Positions 37,501 to 47,682 are shown, numbered from the stretch's first letter. The stretch is 64,000 nucleotides of DNA from Candidatus Woykebacteria bacterium RBG_13_40_15 (GCA_001816655.1 MHCP01000015.1:96049-160048), one strand, 5' to 3'. A program made the numbers and translations. The notes: generated by a model from the letters alone, not told the origin.

Positions 37501-38324
37501 TCCATTTGGGGGGTATTGTTGGCTTGGATATTACTCAAGGATTGCCCCGGGTCGATGAAATTTTTGAAGCTAGGGTTCCAAAGACGAAAGCCCTGATGTC
37601 TGAAATTCCTGGAAAAATCGATATAATCGAAGGGGATGAAGAGAGAAAAATCCGCATTACTGCTAAAGACAAAAAAACAATCTTGGAAAAAGAATATATA
37701 GTTCCAGCGACAAGTGAGATTTTAGTCGATACAGGAAATTACGTGGAAGCCGGCACCGGTCTTACAAGCGGGCATTTGGATCTGAAAACTTTATTAGAGA
37801 CTAAAGGACAGCGGGCTGTTCAACAATACATCATTTCAGAATTGCAAAAAGTATATGAATCGCAGGGAGCCCAGATTAATGACAAACATTTTGAAGTAAT
37901 TGTAAGGAAAATGAGCGAAAAGGTTAGGGTTGAAACAGCTGGCGATACTAACCTCCTCCCAGGTGAAATGGTAGACAAAATGCGATTTAGTGAAGAGAAC
38001 GCAAAGGTTTTAGCCGAAGGAGGAGAACCGGCAACTGCTTCAATTGTGATTTTGGGTATTACTAGAGCAGCTTTATACACGGAGTCAGTCCTGTCAGCAG
38101 CCTCATTTCAAGAGACAACTTCTGTCCTGACTGATGCCGCAACGTCAGGAAAAATCGATTATCTAAGAGGACTTAAAGAAAACGTTATTATTGGTCGCCT
38201 GATCCCTACCGGAGAACGTGCTAGACTTAATGGAAAGGCTAGCGAAAAAGAGAAGCGGGCCACTATAATAGCAGCAGAAGATATAAGTATTAAACAGCCT
38301 CAAGTAAAAGAATCCACCTTCTAA
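34578..38324 (+). CDS. rpoC: DNA-directed RNA polymerase subunit beta'
   Basis: 1248 aa with the NADFDGD catalytic motif and a Zn-binding N-terminus. Confidence 0.97.
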   Translation: MNEIRDFEALRMILASSEDILSWSHGEVTKPETINYRTFKPEKDGLFDEKIFGPTKDWECYCGKYKRIRYRGVICDKCGVEVTQSKVRRERMGHIKLAAPVAHVWFFKGTPSKLSQLLDITPRYLEAVVYFANYLVIETDEEKRKRVLDEIGKFFKNQAELIQKDFSDRAKETDKDLKEELKKLNVKNKEQREIIAEELELKAKARRNALREEEAAELAKNEELRNSTSEKVKFIKKLSVISEEEYHRLKNYGAEDFMKVGMGAEAILELLKSLDLDKLSNTLREEVKNSSGQKLLKATKRLRVVEGFRQAGIKPDFMIMAVLPVIPPDLRPMVQLSGGRFATSDLNDLYRRVLNRNNRLKRLTDLGAPEIILRNEKRMLQEAVDALIDSAQRTTPTRAGVQVLRSLSDMLKGKQGRFRQNLLGKRVDYSGRSVIVVAPDIKLNECRVPKEMALELFKPYVLRELIFQGYAPNVKSAKHVFERRGPEVWDILESITKEHPVLLNRAPTLHRLGMQSFYPILTEGNAIGIHPSVCAGYGADFDGDQMAIHVPLASAAQEEALNLMMSTNNLLRPADGEPIMTPNHDVFLGIYYITLLDDGEAKHVFDEEEAVRAYYLGNIGLREKIKIIREGKSIETSAGRIFFNLALPIEMRFINDVIKGPDVKKLLVECQSRFGKKATVDLIDALKDLGFHFATTSGISIAISDAEIISEKKKLIDEADSKVEEIEKNFNRGLITEAEKTRLSQEVWATLTTKIDELTWESMDEENSLKMIQGSGARGSRDQIKQLAGMRGLVADPMGRIVELPSKSNFREGLEVFEYFTSTRGARKGLVDKALKTADAGYLTRRLVDVAHDVIVREENCGAKDGITLERVGENNFAQRLLGRVVAEDIKDKNKVIVKRNEIVTEAHLDLIEKANVPQAVIRSTLTCESKYGICQLCYGRDLATKEPVKIGTPVGVIAAQSIGEPGTQLTMRTFHLGGIVGLDITQGLPRVDEIFEARVPKTKALMSEIPGKIDIIEGDEERKIRITAKDKKTILEKEYIVPATSEILVDTGNYVEAGTGLTSGHLDLKTLLETKGQRAVQQYIISELQKVYESQGAQINDKHFEVIVRKMSEKVRVETAGDTNLLPGEMVDKMRFSEENAKVLAEGGEPATASIVILGITRAALYTESVLSAASFQETTSVLTDAATSGKIDYLRGLKENVIIGRLIPTGERARLNGKASEKEKRATIIAAEDISIKQPQVKESTF

Positions 38325-38378
38325 CTTTAAAGAAAGATCCCATTGTAAAAGGCCGAAATTTATTAAATAATATATTTA

Positions 38379-39293
38379 ATGAGGACCTTTTTGGCCTTTT
38401 TAATGGCCTTTATATTTTTATTTACGTTTCCGTTGGCAGTTATTTCGTTTTCCTTAGAGCATATACTTACCCCTACATATCTCAAGTCCTCCTTGTATAA
38501 GAGCGGGGTTTACAAGGCAGCTACTTCTGCTTTGATTTCCGTAGTTGATGAAATTAAGAACGAAGAAAACCAAATATCGATCGAGGATCAGCAAGAGTTA
38601 AAAAATTTTATAAAAAATGAAGTTACGCCGACGTATGTTAGAAATAAAGTAGAACTGTTTCTAGATCAAACTTTTTTATATCTCGGCAGTAAAAGCGAAA
38701 ACCCGCCAGGTGTAATGTTTTCGGACCTAAAACCTAAAGCTAAAGAAATATTTGGTGGCGAGCCGGTGCCAAAAGAAATAGATGATCTTCTGTCTAAACC
38801 ATTAGCGTTGCCACAAAATGAAGCAAAAAAATTCAGAAATGTGTATCAAATTTTTCAAAAAGCAACGATTCCTTTCATTATCATCAACCTTTCCTTACTG
38901 CTTGTAATATTTCTTTTAGTAAAAGGTTTAAAGTCAAAGTTGCGTTGGGTCTCTGCAACTTTGCTAATTCCAACAATTTTTGGATTAGTTAGCGCCGCGG
39001 CAACGTATGGTTTTGGAGAAGTGATAACATCACTGGCAACAAGTAGACTTGCCGATTCAGAAATAACACAATTTACAGAGCCGATTAGAAATCTTATCAA
39101 GCCGATTACAGCCGATTTGGCTAGCACAATGCTTATTATTTACGGTAGTGTTTTTGTTATCTCAATTGCGCTTTTTATAATATCGCTTCTTATTAGACCA
39201 CCAAAAGAACAAAAGCAAGAGGTCGTTACGCAAAATAAAACTCCAGAAGTACCTATGTCAGAAATAACTTACCCAGGACAAACCCCAGTCTGA
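38379..39293 (+). CDS. Hypothetical membrane protein
   Basis: 304 aa with several TM helices. No recognisable family. Confidence 0.45.
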   Translation: MRTFLAFLMAFIFLFTFPLAVISFSLEHILTPTYLKSSLYKSGVYKAATSALISVVDEIKNEENQISIEDQQELKNFIKNEVTPTYVRNKVELFLDQTFLYLGSKSENPPGVMFSDLKPKAKEIFGGEPVPKEIDDLLSKPLALPQNEAKKFRNVYQIFQKATIPFIIINLSLLLVIFLLVKGLKSKLRWVSATLLIPTIFGLVSAAATYGFGEVITSLATSRLADSEITQFTEPIRNLIKPITADLASTMLIIYGSVFVISIALFIISLLIRPPKEQKQEVVTQNKTPEVPMSEITYPGQTPV

Positions 39294-39316
39294 GATATCA
39301 ATTTTTTATTTGGCTA

Positions 39317-39346
39317 TTGACAAACGTGTCTAATACGGTGTATAAA
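39317..39346 (+). promoter_or_regulatory. Putative promoter P1 of the str operon (TTGACA-18-TATAAA)
   Basis: -35 at 39317..39322 and -10 at 39341..39346. Confidence 0.45.
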
Positions 39347-39374
39347 TGTTCGGTTATTTTTCACCTCCTTTTAG

Positions 39375-39434
39375 CCGGGTAAAAGTTGCTGATTAGATCC
39401 ATTGGGCCTAACAGCAACCCCCGGCTGTTTTATT
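39375..39434 (+). terminator. Terminator/attenuator-like hairpin in the rpsL leader
   Basis: CCGGG..GTTGCTG-(20-nt loop)-CAGCAAC..CCCGG, followed by CTGTTTTATTC. Confidence 0.4.
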
Positions 39435-39452
39435 CTCTGGTGCTAAAGTTAT

Positions 39453-39481
39453 TTGACAGCTGTTTGATCTAAGACTATAAT
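39453..39481 (+). promoter_or_regulatory. Putative promoter P2 of the str operon (TTGACA-17-TATAAT)
   Basis: Consensus -35 at 39453..39458 and -10 at 39476..39481, 28 nt before the rpsL ATG. Confidence 0.55.
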
Positions 39482-39509
39482 CTAGCGAGTAAATTAAGGG
39501 TTAAAAATT

Positions 39510-39923
39510 ATGCCAACAATTAATCAACTTGTTCGAAAAGGCAGAAAAAAAGTAACTACAAAAGTCAAAGCCACTGCTTTGCGTGGTTCTTTTAATTCTC
39601 CGAAAAGAAAATTAGTTCCAACAACTAATCCTCAGAAAAGAGGGGTGGCTATTGCTGTAAAAACAATGACGCCTAAGAAACCAAATTCTGCATTGAGAAA
39701 AATAGCTAGAGTACGTCTTTCTAACCGAAAAGAAATAACTGCTTACATTCCCGGTATTGGCCATAGTTTACAAGAACACTCCATCGTACTGGTGAGAGGT
39801 GGGAGGGTTAAAGATTTACCAGGTGTGAAGTACCATGTTATAAGAGGGCATTACGATACATCTGGGGTGGAGAATCGAAAGCAAGGCCGTAGTTTATACG
39901 GCAGCAAGAAATCTAAAGAGTAA
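39510..39923 (+). CDS. rpsL: 30S ribosomal protein S12
   Basis: [12 protein letters not shown]... with the conserved [10 protein letters not shown] motif. Confidence 0.97.
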   Translation: MPTINQLVRKGRKKVTTKVKATALRGSFNSPKRKLVPTTNPQKRGVAIAVKTMTPKKPNSALRKIARVRLSNRKEITAYIPGIGHSLQEHSIVLVRGGRVKDLPGVKYHVIRGHYDTSGVENRKQGRSLYGSKKSKE

Positions 39924-39925
39924 TT

Positions 39926-39962
39926 ATATCTCGCTAGAAAAACGCGAGATGTAATCTTACGA
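39926..39962. repeat. Hairpin plus AGATGTAATCT palindromic element (copy 1)
   Basis: ATATCTCGC-tagaaaaac-GCGAGAT-GTAATCTTACG, immediately upstream of the rpsG ATG. Confidence 0.5.
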
Positions 39963-39964
39963 TT

Positions 39965-40438
39965 ATGAGAGGTAAAAGAGCTGAAAAAAGAAAACTTGTG
40001 CCGGACCCAGTTTATAATAGCCGTTTAGTTGTAAGGCTTGTAAATCGTATTATGGAACAAGGTAAGAAAAAGGTTGCAGAAGGGGTTGTTTACGATTCGT
40101 TTGAAAAAATAAAGCAGGGGGGAAAAGACCCACTTGAGGTATTTGAAACGGCAGTAAGAAATGTTAGCCCAAAAATGGAAGTAAAATCTCGCCGAATTGG
40201 TGGGGCTTCTTATCAAGTACCGATGGAAGTAAGAGGCGATCGAAAAGAATCATTAGCGCTTCGCTGGATTGTTTCTTTTGCAAAACAGCGGCCTAATTCA
40301 GAATATAAAACAATGATCGATAAATTGGCAGCGGAATTAACTGATGCGGCATCAGGAACAGGTGCGGCAATTAAAAAGAGAGACGACACACATCGTATGG
40401 CTGAGGCGAATAAAGCCTTCTCGCATTTCCGTTGGTAG
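39965..40438 (+). CDS. rpsG: 30S ribosomal protein S7
   Basis: 157 aa with an S7 signature. Ends in [10 protein letters not shown]. Confidence 0.97.
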   Translation: MRGKRAEKRKLVPDPVYNSRLVVRLVNRIMEQGKKKVAEGVVYDSFEKIKQGGKDPLEVFETAVRNVSPKMEVKSRRIGGASYQVPMEVRGDRKESLALRWIVSFAKQRPNSEYKTMIDKLAAELTDAASGTGAAIKKRDDTHRMAEANKAFSHFRW

Positions 40439-40548
40439 GGCGCTCGGCCTTGCCTTTTGGCTTCGCCAAAACGTAAAGCATTTGCACATTTTCGCTGGTA
40501 ATTAAGCAAGCTCAAACAATTTAATGCCACTGCTTAAAACAGTTCTTA

Positions 40549-40577
40549 TTGACAGGCTGACTGCCTTCTGATATCAT
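40549..40577 (+). promoter_or_regulatory. Possible promoter upstream of fusA (TTGACA-17-TATCAT)
   Basis: -35 at 40549..40554 and a weak -10 at 40572..40577. Confidence 0.35.
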
Positions 40578-40646
40578 TTTCCATTTGAAGAAACCAAGGA
40601 TGTCTTTTCCCAACCAGAATTGATATAATTTAGGCTCAAGCTAAAA

Positions 40647-42755
40647 ATGGCAAAAGAAGTCGCGTTAGAAAACATTCGTAATATTGGTATTATTGCTCAT
40701 ATTGACGCCGGGAAGACGACGGTTACTGAGCGTGTGCTTTTTTATACGGGAAAGACTTACAAAATTGGAGAGGTTCATGAAGGCACTGCCGTCATGGATT
40801 GGATGGCCCAAGAACGCGAGCGAGGAATTACAATTACCTCCGCCGCAACTACCGCTTTTTGGGAAACAAAAGAGGGCCCCTTTAAAGACACAAAACACAG
40901 AGTCAACATCATCGATACTCCAGGCCATGTAGATTTTACAGCCGAAGTTGAAAGATCTCTTCGTGTTTTGGATGGTGGAGTAGTCGTTTTTGATGGAAAA
41001 ATGGGGGTAGAGCCTCAGAGTGAAACTGTGTGGCGCCAAGCTGATAAATACAATGTCCCGAGGATTTGTTTTATCAACAAATTGGATGCAACTGGGAGCG
41101 ATTTTTACAAAAGCTATAAATCAATTAAAGAGAGACTTGGCTCAAATGCTCACCCAATTCAGCTGCCAATTGGTGAGGAAAGCAATTTCAAAGGCGTTGT
41201 TGATCTAATCAGTAGGAAAGCCGCCATTTATACTGATGAACTTGGTGCGCATCCCGCTGAAGCCGAAATTCCAGCCGAATTAAATGATAAAGTCGAAGAA
41301 TACCGCGAGAAGCTGGTGGAGCAAATCGCAGAGCATTCCACTGACGATCTTCTAGAAAAATATCTTGGAGGACAAGAATTAACTGAGGAAGAACTAAGAA
41401 GGGGGCTTCGAGTCGCTACTATTGCAGGAAAAATAACCCCAGTCATGGCTGGTAGTGCCCTTAAGAATAAAGCGATTCAACCTCTTTTAGATGCTGTTGT
41501 GGATTACCTACCATCTCCTCTAGATTTGCCGGCGGTTAGGGGAATTAATCCGAATACAAATGAAGAGGAAGAACGAAAAACTTCAGACAGTGAGCCTTTT
41601 TCAGCTCTCGCTTTTAAAGTAATGTCTGATCCTTTTGTTGGTCGACTAACATATTTCCGAGTTTATTCCGGAAAGCTTACAGCTGGTAGCTATATTTATA
41701 ACTCAAGCAAACAGATTAAAGAGAGAGTCGGCCGAATATTATTAATGCACGCAAATGCTAGGCAAGAACTTACTGATATTTCAGCCGGTGAGATAGGGGC
41801 TGCCGTTGGATTGAAAGATACGTTCACCGGGGATACTCTTTCCGATGAAAGTAAATCGATCGTTTTTGAGACTATCAAGTTTCCCGAACCGGTTATTTCC
41901 TTAGCAATTGAACCAAAGACAAAGGTGGACCAAGAAAAAATGAGCCTGGCTTTGGCAAAACTATCTGAAGAAGATCCCACTTTCCGAATGAAGACAGATT
42001 TAGAAACGGGCCAAGCTATAATTTCTGGTATGGGAGAACTACATCTCGAAATTATAGTTGACCGAATGAAAAGAGAATTTAATGTCGAAGCTAATGTTGG
42101 CCGCCCACAGGTTGCTTATAAAGAAACGATTAGAAAGACCGCTAATGGCGAAGGGAAGTATATCAGACAAACTGGGGGGAGAGGTCAATATGGACACTGT
42201 CTGATTAGACTTGATCCCAAAGGCCGAGGCGAGGGGGGTGAATTTGTTTCCGAAATTGTCGGCGGTGCCATACCACGTGAATTTATTCCCGCAGTTGAAA
42301 AAGGGGTAAAAGAGGCATTCGACAACGGTATGTTAGCAGGCTATCCAGTAGTTGATGTAAAAGCCGCTGTTTACGATGGAAGTTACCATGAGGTTGACTC
42401 GTCTGAAGTTGCCTTTAAAATCGCTGCTTCTATGGCCGTAAAAGAGGCGGCTAAAAAAGGAAACCCGGTGTTACTTGAGCCTATTATGAAAATAGAAGTT
42501 ACTGCTCCTGAGGAATTTATGGGGGAAGTGATTGGAGATTTATCGTCAAAACGAGCAAGAATTGAATCTACTGAAAGTAAAGGAAATACTAGAATAATAA
42601 AAGCCTTAGTACCTCTGGCCGAAATGTTTGGTTATGCCACTACCCTTCGAAGCCTTACTAGTGGTAGAGCAGGTTTTAACATGGAGCCCTCACATTACGA
42701 AGAAGTGCCAGCAAACATCGCGACGACAATAACTGAAAAAGCAGGAAAAAGTTAA
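40647..42755 (+). CDS. fusA: Elongation factor G
   Basis: 702 aa with AHIDAGKTT and DTPGHVDF motifs and EF-G domains II-V. Confidence 0.97.
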   Translation: MAKEVALENIRNIGIIAHIDAGKTTVTERVLFYTGKTYKIGEVHEGTAVMDWMAQERERGITITSAATTAFWETKEGPFKDTKHRVNIIDTPGHVDFTAEVERSLRVLDGGVVVFDGKMGVEPQSETVWRQADKYNVPRICFINKLDATGSDFYKSYKSIKERLGSNAHPIQLPIGEESNFKGVVDLISRKAAIYTDELGAHPAEAEIPAELNDKVEEYREKLVEQIAEHSTDDLLEKYLGGQELTEEELRRGLRVATIAGKITPVMAGSALKNKAIQPLLDAVVDYLPSPLDLPAVRGINPNTNEEEERKTSDSEPFSALAFKVMSDPFVGRLTYFRVYSGKLTAGSYIYNSSKQIKERVGRILLMHANARQELTDISAGEIGAAVGLKDTFTGDTLSDESKSIVFETIKFPEPVISLAIEPKTKVDQEKMSLALAKLSEEDPTFRMKTDLETGQAIISGMGELHLEIIVDRMKREFNVEANVGRPQVAYKETIRKTANGEGKYIRQTGGRGQYGHCLIRLDPKGRGEGGEFVSEIVGGAIPREFIPAVEKGVKEAFDNGMLAGYPVVDVKAAVYDGSYHEVDSSEVAFKIAASMAVKEAAKKGNPVLLEPIMKIEVTAPEEFMGEVIGDLSSKRARIESTESKGNTRIIKALVPLAEMFGYATTLRSLTSGRAGFNMEPSHYEEVPANIATTITEKAGKS

Positions 42756-42769
42756 ATACAAAAAAGGTG

Positions 42770-42798
42770 TTGACTTCTTGCTTATAAATCATTAAAAT
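42770..42798 (+). promoter_or_regulatory. Putative promoter of tuf (TTGACT-17-TAAAAT)
   Basis: -35 at 42770..42775 and -10 at 42793..42798. Confidence 0.45.
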
Positions 42799-42854
42799 CT
42801 CAAGGCTAGCGTTTATTAGAATTTGAGAAGCTTAAAAAATCAAGGAGGATTATT

Positions 42855-44045
42855 ATGGCTGAAGGAAAAAAATTTGAAAGAACAAAACCTCATATAAATG
42901 TGGGGACCATAGGACATGTTGACCATGGTAAAACTACCCTCACGTCCGCTATTACAAAATATTTATCAAAAAAAGGTGGGTCCGAATACGTCCCATTCGA
43001 TTCAATTGATAAAGCCCCCGAAGAGAAACAGCGGGGAATTACAATTGCTTTAGCACACGTTGAATATGAAACTGACAAACGACACTATGCCCATATTGAT
43101 GCTCCAGGACACGCAGATTATATTAAAAACATGATTACTGGAGCGGCCCAAATGGATGGAGCTATTCTAGTAGTTTCCGCTGCTGATGGCCCTATGCCCC
43201 AGACTAGAGAGCACATATTGCTGGCATACCAAGTTGGAGTCCCAGCAATTGTTGTTTATATGAATAAAGTTGATACCGTTGACGATAAAGATTTATTGGA
43301 TTTGGTTGAAGAAGAGATACGGGAATTACTTACCAAGTACGAATATCCTGGTAAGGATGTCCCGATCATTCGTGGCAGTGCCTTGAAGGCTTTGGAGGGT
43401 GACGCTGAAGCTGAGAAGAGTATTGAAGAACTACTTAAGGCTGTTGATGATTATATCCCAACGCCGCCTCGTGAGTTGGATAAGCCATTTTTAATGCCTG
43501 TCGAAGATGTGTTTTCAATCAAGGGTCGAGGCACAGTTGTTACTGGGAGAGTGGAGCGTGGCAAGATAAAGGTGAATGATGCAGTGGAAATAGTTGGTAT
43601 TAGACCAAAGACGACTCAAACAGTCGTTACTGGAGTTGAGATGTTCCGAAAACAACTCGACGAAGGACAAGCAGGAGATAACATTGGGCTCCTTCTTAGA
43701 GGTATAGAAAAAGACGATGTCGAGAGAGGTCAAGTCGTTGCTATTCCAGGTAGTGTTAAGCCCCACACAGAATTCGAAGCTGAAGTTTATGTTTTGACAA
43801 AAGAAGAAGGCGGTCGACACACCCCTTTCTTCTCTGGGTACAAACCACAATTTTATTTTAGAACTACAGATGTGACCGGAGAGTCTACCTTAGCAGAGGG
43901 GACCGAGATGGTAATGCCTGGTGATAACGCTAAACTTAAAGTTAAATTAATTGGACCGGTTGCACTAGAAGAAGGCCTAAGATTTGCTATCAGAGAAGGG
44001 GGCAAAACAGTTGGTGCTGGTGTCGTAACAAAAATCATAGCTTAA
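42855..44045 (+). CDS. tuf: Elongation factor Tu
   Basis: 396 aa with [15 protein letters not shown] and NKVD motifs. Confidence 0.97.
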   Translation: MAEGKKFERTKPHINVGTIGHVDHGKTTLTSAITKYLSKKGGSEYVPFDSIDKAPEEKQRGITIALAHVEYETDKRHYAHIDAPGHADYIKNMITGAAQMDGAILVVSAADGPMPQTREHILLAYQVGVPAIVVYMNKVDTVDDKDLLDLVEEEIRELLTKYEYPGKDVPIIRGSALKALEGDAEAEKSIEELLKAVDDYIPTPPRELDKPFLMPVEDVFSIKGRGTVVTGRVERGKIKVNDAVEIVGIRPKTTQTVVTGVEMFRKQLDEGQAGDNIGLLLRGIEKDDVERGQVVAIPGSVKPHTEFEAEVYVLTKEEGGRHTPFFSGYKPQFYFRTTDVTGESTLAEGTEMVMPGDNAKLKVKLIGPVALEEGLRFAIREGGKTVGAGVVTKIIA

Positions 44046-44073
44046 TTAAGTTACAGGATAACAAATAATTAGT

Positions 44074-44382
44074 ATGCCAAAAGGAAGGTTAAGAGTACGT
44101 TTAAAATCATACGATGCACGGGTGCTGGATGACTCGGCGGAGGAAATATTAGATACTGCGATTCGGACTGGCGCAAAAGTTGCCGGTCCAGTCCCGCTTC
44201 CAACAGAAAAAGAAAGTTTTACTGTAACTACCTCGCCACATGTCGATAAGGATGCCCGAGAGCAATTTGAAATCAGGACTCATAAGAGAGTAATTGATAT
44301 AATTGAGCCAACACCAAAAACGTTAGATGCTCTTATGCATCTAGAATTGCCCGCCGGAGTAGATATTGAGGTCAAGATGTAA
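44074..44382 (+). CDS. rpsJ: 30S ribosomal protein S10
   Basis: 102 aa, an S10 family member. Confidence 0.95.
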   Translation: MPKGRLRVRLKSYDARVLDDSAEEILDTAIRTGAKVAGPVPLPTEKESFTVTTSPHVDKDAREQFEIRTHKRVIDIIEPTPKTLDALMHLELPAGVDIEVKM

Positions 44383-44464
44383 ATTATTTTGCATTTGATT
44401 AATTAATATAAAGTAAATCTTTGGGCCGCAAGGCCCAAGTTTAGTAAAAAATATGGTGAATGGA

Positions 44465-45271
44465 ATGATTGGTAGAAAAATTTTAATGAGCCAGATCTTT
44501 AATAAGTACAACAAAATGATTCCCGTGACAAAAATTAAGGTAGAGCCAAACTTTGTTGTGCAGATGAAGAACTTAGAAAAAGATGGCTATAAATCCGTCC
44601 AACTTGGTGTTGGCGAAAAAAGAAAAGCCAAAAAGCCCCAGCTAGAAAATAGTAAGAAGGTAGGCCTGAGCTTTAGCCCGACTATTTTACATGAATTTAA
44701 ATTCGATGGCGATTTAAAACCTGGAGAAAAGCTAGAAGTGGATCAAGTTTTTCGAAAAGGATCACTGGTTAATGTTTCGGGGGTTTCAAAAGGAAAAGGG
44801 TTTGCTGGGGTTGTAAAACGCTGGGGTTTTGCAGGAGGCCCTAGAACACACGGACAATCAGATCGTGAGCGTGCAGCCGGATCAATTGGCGCGACAACTA
44901 CCCCGGGACGAGTTTATAAAGGTATGAAGATGGCAGGGCATATGGGTAATAAGCAGGTAACAGTGGAAGGGCTGGAAATTGTTGAACTAAACAAAGACGA
45001 AAACGAGATTTTAGTAGCAGGTTCTGTGCCTGGAGCGGTTGGGAGTGTGGTATTTATACAAAAATCAGAAAAGAAAAAGAAGGCGTATCAGGAGCCTGAA
45101 ATACCGCGAACACCTGTAATTTCAGGAAAGGAAGAAAAAGAGACGGAAGGGCCAAAGGAAAGTCTCGCAGAGGGAATTACCGAAGAGCCAAAATCTGATC
45201 ATAGTGCTCCGCAACCCGCTTTAGGCGAAGAAGAAACTACCTTAGAAAGTGAAGGCGATAGTGGAAAATAA
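44465..45271 (+). CDS. rplC: 50S ribosomal protein L3 (with acidic C-terminal extension)
   Basis: L3 core (GKGFAGVVKRWGF.GGP.THG). Likely start is MIGRK at 44465 (the ORF track starts at 44453). About 60-aa acidic tail. Confidence 0.9.
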   Translation: MIGRKILMSQIFNKYNKMIPVTKIKVEPNFVVQMKNLEKDGYKSVQLGVGEKRKAKKPQLENSKKVGLSFSPTILHEFKFDGDLKPGEKLEVDQVFRKGSLVNVSGVSKGKGFAGVVKRWGFAGGPRTHGQSDRERAAGSIGATTTPGRVYKGMKMAGHMGNKQVTVEGLEIVELNKDENEILVAGSVPGAVGSVVFIQKSEKKKKAYQEPEIPRTPVISGKEEKETEGPKESLAEGITEEPKSDHSAPQPALGEEETTLESEGDSGK

Positions 45272-45977
45272 AAAGAAAACAACTAATACTAAAAAGGTAA
45301 AAAAAGAAACAAAACAGATCGATAAAGGATTAAAAACTCCTATTTTTAACAGAGAAGGGGAGGCGGTTAAAAGTATTTTATTACCAAAAGAAATTTTTGG
45401 TCAAAAAACCAATAAAGCTCTACTTGCCCAAGTGATTAGGATTTACCTAGCGAATCAAAGGCCCCCAACAGCTTCAACAAAAACCAGATCTGAGGTGGCA
45501 GGAGGCGGGCGAAAACCACATAGACAAAAGGGAACTGGACGGGCTAGAGCAGGAAGTATTAGAGCGCCGGGGCGGCGTGGTGGTGGCATTGTTTTTGGTC
45601 CTCAACCGACCGCTACGTTATTAAAAGCACCTAAAAAAATGCGTCAAAAAGCTTTTTCAATTGCTCTTTCGGATAAATACACAGAAGGTAATATACTTTT
45701 TGTCGATAGTTTAGAGTTTAAACAACCAAAGACTAAGACAGCAGCCAAGATTTTAACTAAACTACCTCTTAAAAAAAGAGGTAAAATATTACTTGTTTTA
45801 TATGGTGATAGCTCTACTTCATCAAAATCATTTAGGAATTTGGAAAATATTAAAATTAAAAAAATAGATGATTTAAATATCTTGGATTTACTAAAAGCAG
45901 ACAGTTCAATTTTCACACTTGACGCATTGGAAAAATTGAAGGAACGTTTTAATTATGGAAATAAACAGAGTGATTAA
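45249..45977 (+). CDS. rplD: 50S ribosomal protein L4 (with K-rich N-terminal extension)
   Basis: RQKGTGRARAGSIRAP.RRGGG..FGP motif. Confidence 0.9.
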   Translation: MKAIVENKKKTTNTKKVKKETKQIDKGLKTPIFNREGEAVKSILLPKEIFGQKTNKALLAQVIRIYLANQRPPTASTKTRSEVAGGGRKPHRQKGTGRARAGSIRAPGRRGGGIVFGPQPTATLLKAPKKMRQKAFSIALSDKYTEGNILFVDSLEFKQPKTKTAAKILTKLPLKKRGKILLVLYGDSSTSSKSFRNLENIKIKKIDDLNILDLLKADSSIFTLDALEKLKERFNYGNKQSD

Positions 45978-46245
45978 AAAACCACTACTTAGTGAAAAAA
46001 GCTTTCAAGATGCCGCTTCTGGTAAGTTCTCCTTCGTAGTTGATTTGAAAGCAAATAAAAAGGAGATTGGTAAAGCTGTCGGAAAAAATTTTAAAGTTGA
46101 TGTTTTAAGCGTTGCTACAAGGATTTCAAAAGGTAAGCGTGTCAAACTGCGCGGAAGGAATCAAGAAAGAAAAGGATCAAAAGTAAAAATAGCGACTGTT
46201 AGACTTGGTAAAGACCAAAAGATACAGATTTTTGAGGGTGGTTAA
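45955..46245 (+). CDS. rplW: 50S ribosomal protein L23
   Basis: 96 aa, L23 family. Confidence 0.9.
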   Translation: MEINRVIKKPLLSEKSFQDAASGKFSFVVDLKANKKEIGKAVGKNFKVDVLSVATRISKGKRVKLRGRNQERKGSKVKIATVRLGKDQKIQIFEGG

Positions 46246-46247
46246 AA

Positions 46248-47048
46248 ATGGTTAAAAAAATAAAAGAAGCAGAAGAGCAAATTAAAAGGAAATTAGCTAC
46301 AAAACCCGTAAAAAGTTTGCGTGAGATTTTGGTTAAGACAGGCGGCCGCGATTTTAGTGGTCAGGTTTCTGTCCGTCATATAGGTGGTCGGCAAAAAAGA
46401 TTTTATAGAATAATTGATTTTAAACGAGATAAATTCAATATTGAAGGAAGTGTGGCCGCAATCGAATATGATCCAAATAGGAACGTAAAAGTTGCCCTAA
46501 TTAATTATGTTGATGGCGAAAAAAGATATATAATTGCCCCTGAAGGTTTGGAGATTGGAGATAAAATAATTTCTGCTGAGAAGGCAGAAATAAAAGCTGG
46601 TAATGCACTACCTCTAAAAAATATTCCGATTGGGGTACAGGTTAATTGCATTGAACTGGTACCAGGAAAAGGTGCAATTCTTGCTAGAACAGCAGGTTCT
46701 TATGCTACTGTTTCAGCTAAAGAAGGATCATTCGCCCACTTAAGACTCCCCTCGGGGGAGTTGCGTAAGCTTGTTAGCGAAAATATAGCAACAGTTGGCC
46801 AGCTAAGCAATATTGATTGGAAAAATAGAAGTTTGGGAAAAGCAGGTAGGACTAGACATATCGGAGTTAGGCCAACAGTTCGGGGTGTAGCAATGAGCCC
46901 CCGAGACCATCCTCATGGTGGTGGTGAGGGTAGAAGTGGTATTGGTATGAGTTCACCGAAAAGCCCAACAGGAAAGAAAACACTCGGCAAAAAAACTAGG
47001 AAATCAAAGTATTCCGATAAGTTTATTTTGGAAAGGAGAAAAAAGTAA
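46248..47048 (+). CDS. rplB: 50S ribosomal protein L2
   Basis: 266 aa with an L2 signature (HPHGGGEG). Confidence 0.97.
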   Translation: MVKKIKEAEEQIKRKLATKPVKSLREILVKTGGRDFSGQVSVRHIGGRQKRFYRIIDFKRDKFNIEGSVAAIEYDPNRNVKVALINYVDGEKRYIIAPEGLEIGDKIISAEKAEIKAGNALPLKNIPIGVQVNCIELVPGKGAILARTAGSYATVSAKEGSFAHLRLPSGELRKLVSENIATVGQLSNIDWKNRSLGKAGRTRHIGVRPTVRGVAMSPRDHPHGGGEGRSGIGMSSPKSPTGKKTLGKKTRKSKYSDKFILERRKK

Positions 47049-47333
47049 ATGGCTAGATCGAGTAAAAAAGGCCCGTATGTTGATGAAAAATTACTGAAAA
47101 AAGTAAATTTTTCTAAAGAAAAGGGTGAACGGACTCCAATTAAAACCTGGGCTAGAAGTAGCCAGATTTCTCCTAACATGGTTGGGGTAACTATCGCTAT
47201 CCATAATGGAAAAACATTTAATCCAGTCTTTATTACAGAAGCAATGGTAGGGCATAGACTTGGTGAATTTGCTCCAACGAGAAGATTTACTGGTCATGGT
47301 TCAGTAACTAAGAGGACAATTACAGCAACTTAA
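47049..47333 (+). CDS. rpsS: 30S ribosomal protein S19
   Basis: 94 aa with an S19 signature. Confidence 0.95.
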   Translation: MARSSKKGPYVDEKLLKKVNFSKEKGERTPIKTWARSSQISPNMVGVTIAIHNGKTFNPVFITEAMVGHRLGEFAPTRRFTGHGSVTKRTITAT

Positions 47334-47342
47334 AGGATTTTT

Positions 47343-47681
47343 ATGTCAGAAGTTACGGCAGTTAGTAAAAATTTAAGAGTATCACCGAAAAAAGTACGGC
47401 TTATTGCGTATAATTTGCGTGGTAAAAACGCAGAAAGCGCTCTTGAATCATTACGTTTCGTACCGAGAAAAGCAGCGACACCCCTATACAAAGTTTTGAA
47501 GTCTGCTATTGCTAATGCTAAGAATAACTTTAAATTGGAAATAGCCCATTTAAAAATCAAAGAACTTTTGGTCGATGAGGGAAAAACTATGAAAAGATAT
47601 CGCCCAGTTTCTCGCGGAGCTGCTCATCAAATTTTGAAAAGAACAACACATATAAAAGTGGTTTTGGAAGGAGAAAACTAA
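47343..47681 (+). CDS. rplV: 50S ribosomal protein L22
   Basis: 112 aa, L22 family. Confidence 0.93.
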   Translation: MSEVTAVSKNLRVSPKKVRLIAYNLRGKNAESALESLRFVPRKAATPLYKVLKSAIANAKNNFKLEIAHLKIKELLVDEGKTMKRYRPVSRGAAHQILKRTTHIKVVLEGEN

Positions 47682-47682
47682 T

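Noticed and set aside
39361-39371. TCACCTCCTTT, identical to the 16S rRNA 3' end, in the rpsL leader
   Set aside because: An 11-nt match can occur by chance and there is no 16S-like flanking sequence. Noted only as a curiosity within the leader finding.
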